From Verrucomicrobiota bacterium (lineage in GTDB: Bacteria > Verrucomicrobiota > Verrucomicrobiia > Limisphaerales > JADLHS01): DNA of 51,727 nt. The notes under the pieces were generated by a model. The model had not been told where the DNA came from and did not search any database. It saw nothing but the letters and a program-made list of their open reading frames with translations. The stretch covers positions 1-51,727 of the forward strand of contig JANPGI010000105.1 of the NCBI GenBank assembly GCA_031423875.1, written 5' to 3'. Positions within the stretch are counted from its first letter, which is position 1. Each line of letters begins with the position of its first letter. Positions 8,683 to 16,891 of the stretch are shown here, piece by piece. The position numbers and the translations under genes were made by a program.

Positions 8683-11600
8683 ATGTGTTTGAGACGGACA
8701 AAGCCCACCCATCCAAAGCGCAGACTCCCGAGCCTGTTGCGGATCGCCTGTATTTTTGGGCTGTTGTCAGTCGCGCTCGCAAGCTCCGGATGGGCGGCCA
8801 CTCCGGTTCGTTACGACATCCGGGTATGGCAAACAGACGAGGGGTTGCCTCAGAACTCCGTGAACGCCATCGCACAAACAAGCGATGGTTATCTCTGGGT
8901 CGGGACGCGTGAAGGGTTGGCGCGGTTTGATGGGCTTCATTTTACGCCAGTGGACGAAGCTGCGGCCCCGCACTTGAAAAACGCGTCCATCGCCGCGCTC
9001 TGTGTCAGCCGGGATGGGAGTTTGTGGATCGCCAGCGAAAGCAATGGCTTGACCCGCTTAAAGGACGGCAGCTTCACGCATTTTCTCAAGGCGGACGGTT
9101 TGCCGGACAACCAAATCCAATGCCTTTTAGAAAGCCGGGAGAGCGGGCTTTGGATCGGGGGAGAGACCGGACTTGGTCGTTTTAAGGACGGGCGTTTTAC
9201 GCTCTACCCCGAGGGTGACCTGCTGCATAACAACTCCATCAAGGCGCTTCATGAAGATGCGCAGGGGATTCTGCGAGTGGCGACAGTGACGGGGTTGGTC
9301 AGTATCAATCATGACGGAGTGGCCAGCGCGGATAATTTCGGCATCGGGCCGGTGACGGGGATTTTCAAATCGGTGTGCGTGGATCAACTCGGACGCATCT
9401 GGTTGGGCACCACAGACGGGCTGATCTGTCTGGCCGATGGCAAACCAGGAAGCTATGCGGCGAACAAAACCGTGCCGGAAAAAATAACCACCGTGATCCA
9501 TGAAGATCGGATCGGCCAACTCTGGGTCGGCACCTATGGCGGATTGACCCGGCGGATTGGCGGCGCCCTGGCGCAACAGTGGTGGTTGAACAAGGGCGGC
9601 GTGGATGATGTGGTCAACACCATTTACGAAGATCGCGAACAGAATCTGTGGGTCGGCGGTCGCGACGGATTGTATCGCCTCAGTACGGCGCGGTTTGTCA
9701 ACGTGACGACGCAGGATGGATTGAATGGCAACAACGTCGTCTCGCTGTTGGAGGATCGGGAGGGTGCGATGTGGTTTGCCACCTGGGGCAACGGCGTCAC
9801 GCGGTTCAAGGGTGGAAAGTCCACCTCCATCACCACGAGCAATGGCCTCTCGTATGACAAGGTTTTATCCTTGGGGGAAAGTCGAAATGGCAGTTTGTGG
9901 GTGGGCATGGATTTTGTCGGGGTGCTGAACCGGTTGCCAGCCACGTTATCCAATGACTTTCCTCGTCCGAGCGAGTTGTTCAATTCTGCGGTTCGCGTCA
10001 TTCACGAGGACAAGACCGGGGCACTTTGGGTGGGCACGGGCAAAGGTTTGAACATCATCCTCAGCAACAAAGTGGTGGCCTACACCACCACAAACGGACT
10101 GGCGGGGTCGGACGTGACGGCGATCTGTGAGGATCTACAGAAACGGCTTTGGATCGGGACAGATGGCGGACTGAGCTGCTGGACAGGAAGTGGTTTCACC
10201 AATCTCACCACGGCGCAGGGCTTGTCGCACAACCGTATCAATGCAATTTACGCAGATGCGATGGGCGAGTTGTGGATCGCCACCCGAAGCGGCGGAGTGA
10301 ACCGGCTCAAGGCGGGAAAAATCACGAACTACACGACCAAGCAGGGACTCTTCAACGACGATGTCTATGAGATTCTCGAAGATGCGTCCAGCCATCTGTG
10401 GATGAGTTGCCGGCGCGGAATTTTCCGGGTCAGTCGCAGTGAGTTTGATGATTTTGACCGTGGAAAAATCCAGCGGATCAACTGCATATCCTTCGGGCGA
10501 GAAGATGGTCTGGCCACCGAGCAATGCAATGGTGTGGCCAAGCCTGCCGGGTGGAAAAGTCGGGATGGTCGGCTGTGGTTTGCCACGATTCGCGGTGCAG
10601 TCGCCGTGGAACCAAACGTCCGGATCAACGATCAACCACCGCCAGTGGTCATCGGAAAGATTGTGGTGGATCAACAGGTTTTGAGGGCGAACGGAGTCGG
10701 ACAACCGGACGCCGCCGTGTTGACGATTCCACCCGGGAGCGGGCGCATTGAGATTCATTACACAGCACTCAGCTTGCAGGCAGCGGAAAAAAACCGATTC
10801 AAGTATCAGTTGGAAGGGCTGGACGGTGACTGGGTAGAAGCAACGCATCAACGCATCGCGAACTACCCGAATGTGCCGCCGGGGAGGTATCTTTTCCGCG
10901 TCATCGCGTGTAACAACGACGGCGTCTGGAATGCGACAGGCGCGCAACTCGCCTTGCGTGTGTTGCCGCACTTCTGGCAGACGTTGTGGTTTCGGGCGGC
11001 ACTGGTGGCAGTCTCCATCCTGTTGGTGGCGGCGTTCTATCGGACGCGTGTGGCGCGATTACGTGCGCTGGCTGATCTGCGCATACGCATCGCACAGGAT
11101 TTGCACGACGACGTCGGATCTCGGCTCACCCGTGTGGCGATGGTCACGGAGCTTGCCGATCGCGAAATGCCTGCTGGCGGGCCAGGCAAATCGCACATCC
11201 AGAACATCTCGCGAACGGTGCGGGACATCACCCGTGCGATGGATGAAATCGTCTGGACGATCAACCCGCGCAACGACTCGCTCGAAAATCTGGCGAACTA
11301 CATCTTCCACTACGCACAGGAATATTTCCAAGACACCGGCGTGCGTTGCCGCCTTGATCTTCCGCATGACTTGCCGGACCGCCGCGTCACCACGGGGGAG
11401 CGGCACAATCTGTTCATGGCGGTGAAAGAAGCGTTGAACAATGTCCTCAAGCACGCGGGAGCAACCGAGGTTCGCATCTCGCTGACTCATGTTCAAAAAC
11501 GAATGATGATCGTCATCAGCGACAATGGGCGCGGCGTGAGCGTGGGGCTTGCCGACCCGACGGGTGTCGGGATGTTGAACATGAAACAACGACTCGCAAC

Positions 11601-11685
11601 CATCGGCGGCGGATTTGATCTGGAAAGCAACCCCAGCACCGGCACCACCGTGACGATGCGCCTGCCCAGAAGATGGTCTGCATGA
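8683..11685 (+). CDS. Sensor histidine kinase with periplasmic two-component-regulator propeller (Reg_prop) repeats and Y_Y_Y domain; HisKA_3 + HATPase_c; no adjacent response regulator
   Basis: Repeated Reg_prop-type units (WVGTREGLARFDG, LWIGGETGLGRFKDG, LWVGTYGGLTRR, LWIGTDGGLSCW...). YYY region: FKYQLEGLDGDWVE...YLFRVIACNNDGVWN. TM segment, then RIAQDLHDDVGSRLT (HisKA_3) and NVLKHAGA...DNGRG (HATPase). Start taken at MCLRRTKP... (8683), which gives a signal/TM; the ORF opens at GTG 8626. Confidence 0.85.
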   Translation: MCLRRTKPTHPKRRLPSLLRIACIFGLLSVALASSGWAATPVRYDIRVWQTDEGLPQNSVNAIAQTSDGYLWVGTREGLARFDGLHFTPVDEAAAPHLKNASIAALCVSRDGSLWIASESNGLTRLKDGSFTHFLKADGLPDNQIQCLLESRESGLWIGGETGLGRFKDGRFTLYPEGDLLHNNSIKALHEDAQGILRVATVTGLVSINHDGVASADNFGIGPVTGIFKSVCVDQLGRIWLGTTDGLICLADGKPGSYAANKTVPEKITTVIHEDRIGQLWVGTYGGLTRRIGGALAQQWWLNKGGVDDVVNTIYEDREQNLWVGGRDGLYRLSTARFVNVTTQDGLNGNNVVSLLEDREGAMWFATWGNGVTRFKGGKSTSITTSNGLSYDKVLSLGESRNGSLWVGMDFVGVLNRLPATLSNDFPRPSELFNSAVRVIHEDKTGALWVGTGKGLNIILSNKVVAYTTTNGLAGSDVTAICEDLQKRLWIGTDGGLSCWTGSGFTNLTTAQGLSHNRINAIYADAMGELWIATRSGGVNRLKAGKITNYTTKQGLFNDDVYEILEDASSHLWMSCRRGIFRVSRSEFDDFDRGKIQRINCISFGREDGLATEQCNGVAKPAGWKSRDGRLWFATIRGAVAVEPNVRINDQPPPVVIGKIVVDQQVLRANGVGQPDAAVLTIPPGSGRIEIHYTALSLQAAEKNRFKYQLEGLDGDWVEATHQRIANYPNVPPGRYLFRVIACNNDGVWNATGAQLALRVLPHFWQTLWFRAALVAVSILLVAAFYRTRVARLRALADLRIRIAQDLHDDVGSRLTRVAMVTELADREMPAGGPGKSHIQNISRTVRDITRAMDEIVWTINPRNDSLENLANYIFHYAQEYFQDTGVRCRLDLPHDLPDRRVTTGERHNLFMAVKEALNNVLKHAGATEVRISLTHVQKRMMIVISDNGRGVSVGLADPTGVGMLNMKQRLATIGGGFDLESNPSTGTTVTMRLPRRWSA

Positions 11686-11751
11686 GTAGCGCGACCGAAA
11701 TCTCACTTGTTTCAAGATTGTAATCCCGCCGCGTTTTGATTGCCTGTGTGC

Positions 11752-12570
11752 ATGAGACAATCCAATCGAGGCATTTCGTGCAACCTGTTGGTGATTTCCG
11801 CCATCGCAACTTCGTTGGCATTTCTATTCACGGGTTGCAGCACTGTTCCCGTCACGGGCAGGTCGCAGTTGAATCTGATGTCGCCTGGACAGGAGATGCA
11901 ATTGGGGCTGACGAGTTTCGAGGAAACGAAGAAGCAAGTCCCCATCAGCATGGACACCGCCGTCAATGCGATGGTGCAGCGCGTCGGTCAACGCATCGCT
12001 GCTGTGGCGGGCAGGGATTTACCGGATGCGAAGTGGGAGTTTGTGGTGTTCGAGAGCAAGGATGTGAATGCGTTTTGTCTGCCCGGCGGCAAAGTCGGTG
12101 TCTATACAGGCATTCTTCCCATCACGAAAGATGAAGCAGGTCTCGCAACCGTCATTGGACATGAGATCGCTCACGCCGTGGCGCGTCATGGCGGTGAGCG
12201 GATGAGTCAGGCCATGGTGATCCAGAAGGGCGGCAGTTTGTTGGGCGCAGGTTTGGCGAACACCGATCCGCGCTGGCAGGCTGTGGCACAACTCGCTTAC
12301 GGTATCGGCACAAAAGTTGGTGCTGAACTCCCGCACAGTCGCGCACAGGAATCCGAGGCGGATCACATCGGACTGATCTACATGACACGTGCGGGTTACG
12401 CACCGGAGGCGGCGGTGGATTTCTGGAAACGCTTTGGTGAATTCAACAAGCAACACGGCGGTGATACTCCGGGGTTTCTCCGCACGCATCCGCTGGATGA
12501 CGTGCGCGTGAAACAATTGCAGGGTTGGATCCCGGAGGCCAAGGCGAAGGCCAACGGCCCTGCGAGGTGA
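11752..12570 (+). CDS. M48-family zinc metallopeptidase lipoprotein (YcaL/LoiP-like)
   Basis: Lipobox LFTGC, HEIAHAVARHG (HExxH) and ESEADHIGLIYMTRAGYAP. The ORF opens at TTG 11740; the first ATG is at 11752. Confidence 0.85.
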   Translation: MRQSNRGISCNLLVISAIATSLAFLFTGCSTVPVTGRSQLNLMSPGQEMQLGLTSFEETKKQVPISMDTAVNAMVQRVGQRIAAVAGRDLPDAKWEFVVFESKDVNAFCLPGGKVGVYTGILPITKDEAGLATVIGHEIAHAVARHGGERMSQAMVIQKGGSLLGAGLANTDPRWQAVAQLAYGIGTKVGAELPHSRAQESEADHIGLIYMTRAGYAPEAAVDFWKRFGEFNKQHGGDTPGFLRTHPLDDVRVKQLQGWIPEAKAKANGPAR

Positions 12571-12694
12571 GCTGAGTACAACATCCAAGCTCCAGAGAAG
12601 CACCAATTTTCAATGTCCAACAGGCGCGGTGGTGGGAATGAATTGAAGCCGTTGTTTGAGCGAGGATTGAAGCTTGGGATTTCTCTGGAGCTTT

Positions 12695-14053
12695 CTAAAC
12701 TTTCCTCGCCGCGATGTCCGCCTTGATGAGATTCAACCGTCGCTGCGCGGCGAAAGCCTGCGGCGTGGAGGGAAAATCAGAAACAATCTTTGTGAGTGTG
12801 TCCATCGCGGCGGCTTCGTCGCCGAGCAGTTGCAATTGCCAGCCCGCGATGAGCGTCAGCCATTCCACTCGTTTCACACCGGGTTGATTCTGCATACCCA
12901 GAAGTAACTCGATCTGTTCGACCGCCAGTTGCACTTTTCCCAACGGCTCGGCGAGGAGGCGGGCGAGTTTCTCGCGGTCGGAGATACTCTCAGGATTTCG
13001 CGTGAGCACTTCGGTGAGTTGATTGATAAGTGTTACGGCGTTCTGCGTGTCAGCGTTTTTTTGGTCTGAGGCGATCTTCTCCGACACATCACCGCTGGTC
13101 ACCGGCAGGGGCAGGGGACGATTTTGTTGTTGCTCGCGGTACTCAACATTTGTCTGGGGAAGTTGCCTGCGCCGCATCTCCGCCATGTAGGCGAGGTGTG
13201 TACCGGGCAACCGGTCAGAGATCAGGTCAAGCGAGCGGGCAGCACTCTCGGAATCTGCTGCCACGTTGATTTGCCAGTCGGCGAGTTTATGGAGTGCCAC
13301 GGAGATCTGCGACGGCGTGATGTCAGGTTGCAGGCAGAGATCGAGGATGATCTGTTCGGATTCAGTCAATTCCTTGAAACGCGTGGCGTGAAGTTCCGCA
13401 AGCATCAACCATCCGTCGAAATCGTTCTCCGCTGTTTCGAGTTGCTTCAAAATCTCCGCCTCCGCCTGCGCGTATTTGCCGAACTTCATCCGGGCGATGG
13501 CGCGAGCGTAGCCGGGTGACTTCATTGGTTTGCGGATGACAGGCCCGGCGTAATAAGAGATCGGCGCGCAGATCATCATAAGTGACCAGCCCAGCACCCA
13601 CCAATGCCCGATGTAAAGAAGAAAGGCGGCGGGCAGAATCATGATGGCGATGGCCGTGAAGCACACTCCGTGGAATTCGAGTTTCAAATCGTCACGTAAA
13701 TTGTTCCGTGCCTTCAGCACCGACCAACCCAGCGTGAACGCACCCCAATACGAACCGATCACGAGCAGGCCGCAGTTCATGGTGTGAACGAAGGGATGCA
13801 GCCAATTGCCCCCGCCGTTTTTTGCGGCTTGGATGACGGGCATGAACGGTTGCAGATGGAAGGACAACCCGATGTTCATCAGAAACCACAGCGCGACGGG
13901 CAGGCTGAATCCTTTTGTGAACCAACCCCAATCCATCAAGAGAAAAGAGTCATCTTCATCCGCCTGCACCGACAAGTGGCGGACAGCCCAACTGACGATG
14001 ACAATCAGTGCCGCCACGAGGAACAGGGTGAAGAAAAAGGTGATCCAAATCAT
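12695..14053 (-). CDS. Hypothetical polytopic membrane protein with a C-terminal helical-repeat (TPR-like) domain
   Basis: Start taken at MIWITFFFTLFLVAALIVIV (cat 14051..14053), because the longer ORF (to 14122) would overlap the tRNA-Leu gene. There are about 6 hydrophobic segments, followed by a soluble helical region. Confidence 0.65.
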   Translation of the reverse strand: MIWITFFFTLFLVAALIVIVSWAVRHLSVQADEDDSFLLMDWGWFTKGFSLPVALWFLMNIGLSFHLQPFMPVIQAAKNGGGNWLHPFVHTMNCGLLVIGSYWGAFTLGWSVLKARNNLRDDLKLEFHGVCFTAIAIMILPAAFLLYIGHWWVLGWSLMMICAPISYYAGPVIRKPMKSPGYARAIARMKFGKYAQAEAEILKQLETAENDFDGWLMLAELHATRFKELTESEQIILDLCLQPDITPSQISVALHKLADWQINVAADSESAARSLDLISDRLPGTHLAYMAEMRRRQLPQTNVEYREQQQNRPLPLPVTSGDVSEKIASDQKNADTQNAVTLINQLTEVLTRNPESISDREKLARLLAEPLGKVQLAVEQIELLLGMQNQPGVKRVEWLTLIAGWQLQLLGDEAAAMDTLTKIVSDFPSTPQAFAAQRRLNLIKADIAARKV

Positions 14054-14090
14054 GCGAAGCGTGTGAAGAGGATGGTTTTCACGCTGAAGT

Positions 14091-14177
14091 TGGTGCCGAC
14101 GGAGGGGGTCGAACCCACACACTCGTAAGAGTACCAGATTTTGAGTCTAGCGCGTCTGCCAATTCCGCCACATCGGC
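14091..14177 (-). tRNA. tRNA-Leu (anticodon CAA), class II with long variable arm, CCA encoded
   Basis: Reverse complement GCCGATGTGGCGGAATTGGCAGACGCGCTAGACTCAAAATCTGGTACTCTTACGAGTGTGTGGGTTCGACCCCCTCCGTCGGCACCA. It has a 7-bp acceptor stem, anticodon stem CTAGA/TCTGG with loop CTCAAAA, variable-arm hairpin ACTC-TTAC-GAGT and T-loop TTCGACC (one U-U mismatch in the T stem). Confidence 0.88.
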
Positions 14178-14187
14178 TACCGGGGAC

Positions 14188-14215
14188 ACTATATTTTTTG
14201 CGACTAGCGAAGTAA
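14188..14215 (-). promoter_or_regulatory. Putative sigma70-like promoter of tRNA-Leu (-35 TTACTT, 16-nt spacer, -10 TATAGT)
   Basis: On the minus strand, TTACTT (14215..14210) - 16 nt - TATAGT (14193..14188). The -10 ends 10 nt upstream of the mature tRNA 5' end. Confidence 0.4.
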
Positions 14216-14470
14216 ATGTTTTTCCCCGCAAGGTTTTTGGCAAAATGTCTCGGCATATCTCCACTTGTCCCGCCCGATCGGTCTGGAAAAAATGTTGAGT
14301 TCTTACTTGCTATTCTGGTGGGAAACGTCACGCTCACCCCCGTCTGTAGATGCTATAGCTTCCACGTCATGGTGAATCCTCAGGTGAACGACGTTCAGTG
14401 ATGATTTGAAACCCGGTATTTCGGGAACAGTCTGGAGAAAGCAGAGTTAGTCTAGGACAGTTAACATCAC

Positions 14471-14842
14471 ATGAGCACAAAACTGTTTGTTGGAAATCTT
14501 TCCTTCAACACCACTGAAAACGACCTTTCCGACGCGTTTGCCGCACACGGCACCGTTGTGGAAGCCAACCTGATGATGGATCGCATGAGCGGCCGTCCTC
14601 GCGGTTTCGGTTTCGTCACCATGAGCAGCGCCGACGAAGCACAGAAAGCAATTGACGCTTTGAACGGTCAACAACTCGATGGTCGCGCCCTTACGGTCAA
14701 CGTGGCTCGTCCGCGTGAAGATCGTCCTCCCGGCGGCGGCGGTGGTGGTGGCGGTAGCCGTGGACCTCGTCGTGAATACGGCGGCGGTGGCGGTGGAGAT
14801 CGCGGCGGTCGTGGCGGCGGCGGCGGCGGCGGTCGCTACTAA
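14471..14842 (+). CDS. RRM-type RNA-binding protein with a glycine/arginine-rich (RGG) tail
   Basis: RNP-2 LFVGNL and RNP-1 RGFGFVTM. The tail PPGGGGGGGGSRGPRREYGGGGGGDRGGRGGGGGGGRY is encoded by GGC/GGT repeats. Confidence 0.92.
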   Translation: MSTKLFVGNLSFNTTENDLSDAFAAHGTVVEANLMMDRMSGRPRGFGFVTMSSADEAQKAIDALNGQQLDGRALTVNVARPREDRPPGGGGGGGGSRGPRREYGGGGGGDRGGRGGGGGGGRY

Positions 14843-14858
14843 GAAGTAGATTTTCATA

Positions 14859-14893
14859 GCGGGGTTCAGCTTAAAACTGAACCCCGCTTTTCT
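14859..14893 (+). terminator. Rho-independent terminator after the RRM gene
   Basis: Perfect 11-bp stem gcggggttcag / ctgaaccccgc, 7-nt loop, followed by ttttct. Confidence 0.85.
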
Positions 14894-14958
14894 GTAACAA
14901 CGAGCGGCGTCATTGCGCCACCGGGGGAAAAATCCCCGAACGTTCAAAAGAACATTCA

Positions 14959-15174
14959 ATGAAAGAAGAACACATCGAAGTTGAGGGGAACATTCATACT
15001 GTTCTGCCGGGAACCATGTTCCGGGTGGAGCTGGACAACAAACATCTCGTGCTGGCGACGATCTGCGGCAAGATGCGCAAACGGTTCGTACGGCTGACCA
15101 CTGGCGACCGCGTGAAGATGGAGATGTCTCCCTACGACCTGACCAAAGCTCGCATCACTTGGCGCTTGCGCTGA
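14959..15174 (+). CDS. infA: Translation initiation factor IF-1
   Basis: 71 aa, [70 protein letters not shown], the canonical IF-1 S1-fold sequence. Confidence 0.95.
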   Translation: MKEEHIEVEGNIHTVLPGTMFRVELDNKHLVLATICGKMRKRFVRLTTGDRVKMEMSPYDLTKARITWRLR

Positions 15175-15244
15175 ACGGTCAAAATTTCAACAACCGGAGG
15201 CGTGCGTCCGCTATTCGACTTGGACGTTGCACTCCGGTATTTTC

Positions 15245-16477
15245 ATGCCCATGAACTCGCGGCGAATCATCGTGGTCGGCGGCGGTGCGGCGGGATTTTT
15301 TGCCGCCATCACTGCGGCGGAGGCATCTCCTGACGCGCAAGTCACACTGCTCGAACGTGGGCCGCAATTCCTTTCCAAAGTCCGCATCTCCGGCGGCGGG
15401 CGATGCAACGTAACTCATTCGATGTTCGATTCGCGTCAGTTTGCCACACGCTATCCGCGCGGTGAACAGGCACTCATCGGTGCGTTCCGAAGATTTCAGG
15501 CCAGCGATACTGTGGCGTGGTTCGAAGCGCGCGGCGTGCAACTCAAGACTGAGAACGATGGGCGCATGTTTCCCATCACGGATTCTTCCGAGACGATTGT
15601 GAATTGTCTGGTGACTGCGGCGACGTCTGCGGGAGTTTCTGTGCGGACGAATTGCGGCGTGGATTCCGTGACGCGAAGTGGTCAGGGTTTTGATCTCGTG
15701 TTGACTGGCGGGGAAAAGATTTCATGCGACTGCTTGTTGCTGGCCACGGGAGGATGTCGTGCGGTGGTGGCGGGGCAGTTGGCCGCAGTGTTCGGTCACA
15801 CGATTGAGCCCCCCGTGCCGTCGCTTTTCACATTTCACATCGCCGTGCCTTGGCTGCGGGAACTGGCTGGTGTATCCGTGGAATCTGCGGAGGTGAATGT
15901 GCCCGGGACGGAGTTGCGCGAGCGCGGGCCGCTGCTGGTGACGCACTGGGGATTGAGCGGGCCGGTGGTGTTGCGATTATCGGCTTGGGGCGCGCGTGAG
16001 TTGCATGAGCGTGATTACAAGTTTCAGTTACTGGTGAACTGGCTGCCGCAGCATTCGTCAGAGATGTTGTTGAAAGAGGTTGTGTCACGTCGGCAAGGGC
16101 AGGGGGCAAAGTTGGTGGTGAACGCGCCTATCGCTCCGTTGACAGCGCGATTATGGGGGGCGTTGGTGCTGGCAGCGGGGCTGAATCGCGAGACGCGTTG
16201 GGCATCATTGACACGCGCGCAACAACATCAACTCATTCAGCAACTCTCCCGCACAGAACTGGCGGTGACGGGCAAGAGTTTGAACAAAGATGAATTCGTG
16301 ACGTGCGGCGGAGTGAAGCTCGGCGAGGTGAACTTCAAGACGATGGAAAGCCGCGTGTGTCCGGGGCTTTATTTCGCGGGCGAACTGTTGGACATAGACG
16401 GCATCACCGGCGGATTCAATTTTCAAGCTGCGTGGACGACGGGCTGGCTCGCAGGCAATGCGATGGTGGTGGGGTGA
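15245..16477 (+). CDS. NAD(P)/FAD-dependent oxidoreductase, HI0933/BaiN family flavoprotein
   Basis: RRIIVVGGGAAGFFAAITAAE (FAD Rossmann), RISGGGRCNVTH, HWGLSGP, C-terminal LYFAGELLDIDGITGGFNFQAAWTTG. The ORF opens at TTG 15227; the first ATG is at 15245. Confidence 0.85.
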   Translation: MPMNSRRIIVVGGGAAGFFAAITAAEASPDAQVTLLERGPQFLSKVRISGGGRCNVTHSMFDSRQFATRYPRGEQALIGAFRRFQASDTVAWFEARGVQLKTENDGRMFPITDSSETIVNCLVTAATSAGVSVRTNCGVDSVTRSGQGFDLVLTGGEKISCDCLLLATGGCRAVVAGQLAAVFGHTIEPPVPSLFTFHIAVPWLRELAGVSVESAEVNVPGTELRERGPLLVTHWGLSGPVVLRLSAWGARELHERDYKFQLLVNWLPQHSSEMLLKEVVSRRQGQGAKLVVNAPIAPLTARLWGALVLAAGLNRETRWASLTRAQQHQLIQQLSRTELAVTGKSLNKDEFVTCGGVKLGEVNFKTMESRVCPGLYFAGELLDIDGITGGFNFQAAWTTGWLAGNAMVVG

Positions 16478-16891
16478 AGATAAGTTTGTGGCCACGCCCT
16501 TGGACGAAGAAATAGGATGACGTTCGGCGACGCGGCGAAAACCTTTGAAGTGGAGTCAGGAACAAACCCTCTAGCACCACCAACAGAGCGATGCTTTGCA
16601 CACACTTCTGTAATTTAGAAATTATTTTCCAACGGGCAACGACCACCGCTCTTACCAAAGCGACGCAACTGCACCGCAGCAGGGGTTGGGAACGTGAGGC
16701 TTGTCTCATAGTGTGATTAAAAACTTACTGCGGTAACGCCGCATTGCGAACCGCGGGATTGGCATTGCCCGTCGGTTCGCGGGGAAATTCGTGTTGTAGC
16801 TCACGCGGATGGGATCGTTTGCATCCAGCCCGACGATGCGATTCACTTGACTGAACTTGCCCAACGGGAAAGTGCTCTACTAAACTGCGGT

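Noticed and set aside
14050-14337. ORFs 14050..14337- and 14079..14264-, and the N-terminal extension of the membrane protein to 14122
   Set aside because: They overlap the tRNA-Leu(CAA) gene at 14091..14177. The membrane protein has a good internal ATG at 14053 directly followed by its first TM helix.
14091-14470. Possible genomic-island integration site at tRNA-Leu
   Set aside because: There is no integrase, no transposase and no direct repeat of the tRNA 3' end nearby. The flanking genes are housekeeping (RRM protein, infA).
14711-14839. Triplet repeats (GGC/GGT)n considered as CRISPR or another repeat array
   Set aside because: This is in-frame coding low complexity (a Gly/Arg tail). 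There is no repeat-spacer periodicity and there are no cas genes anywhere in the window.
14447-14959. 170-aa minus-strand ORF with poly-Ala/Thr tracts opposite the RRM gene
   Set aside because: It is the antisense reading of the (GGC)n glycine tract. The plus-strand RRM protein has canonical RNP-1/RNP-2 motifs and its own terminator.
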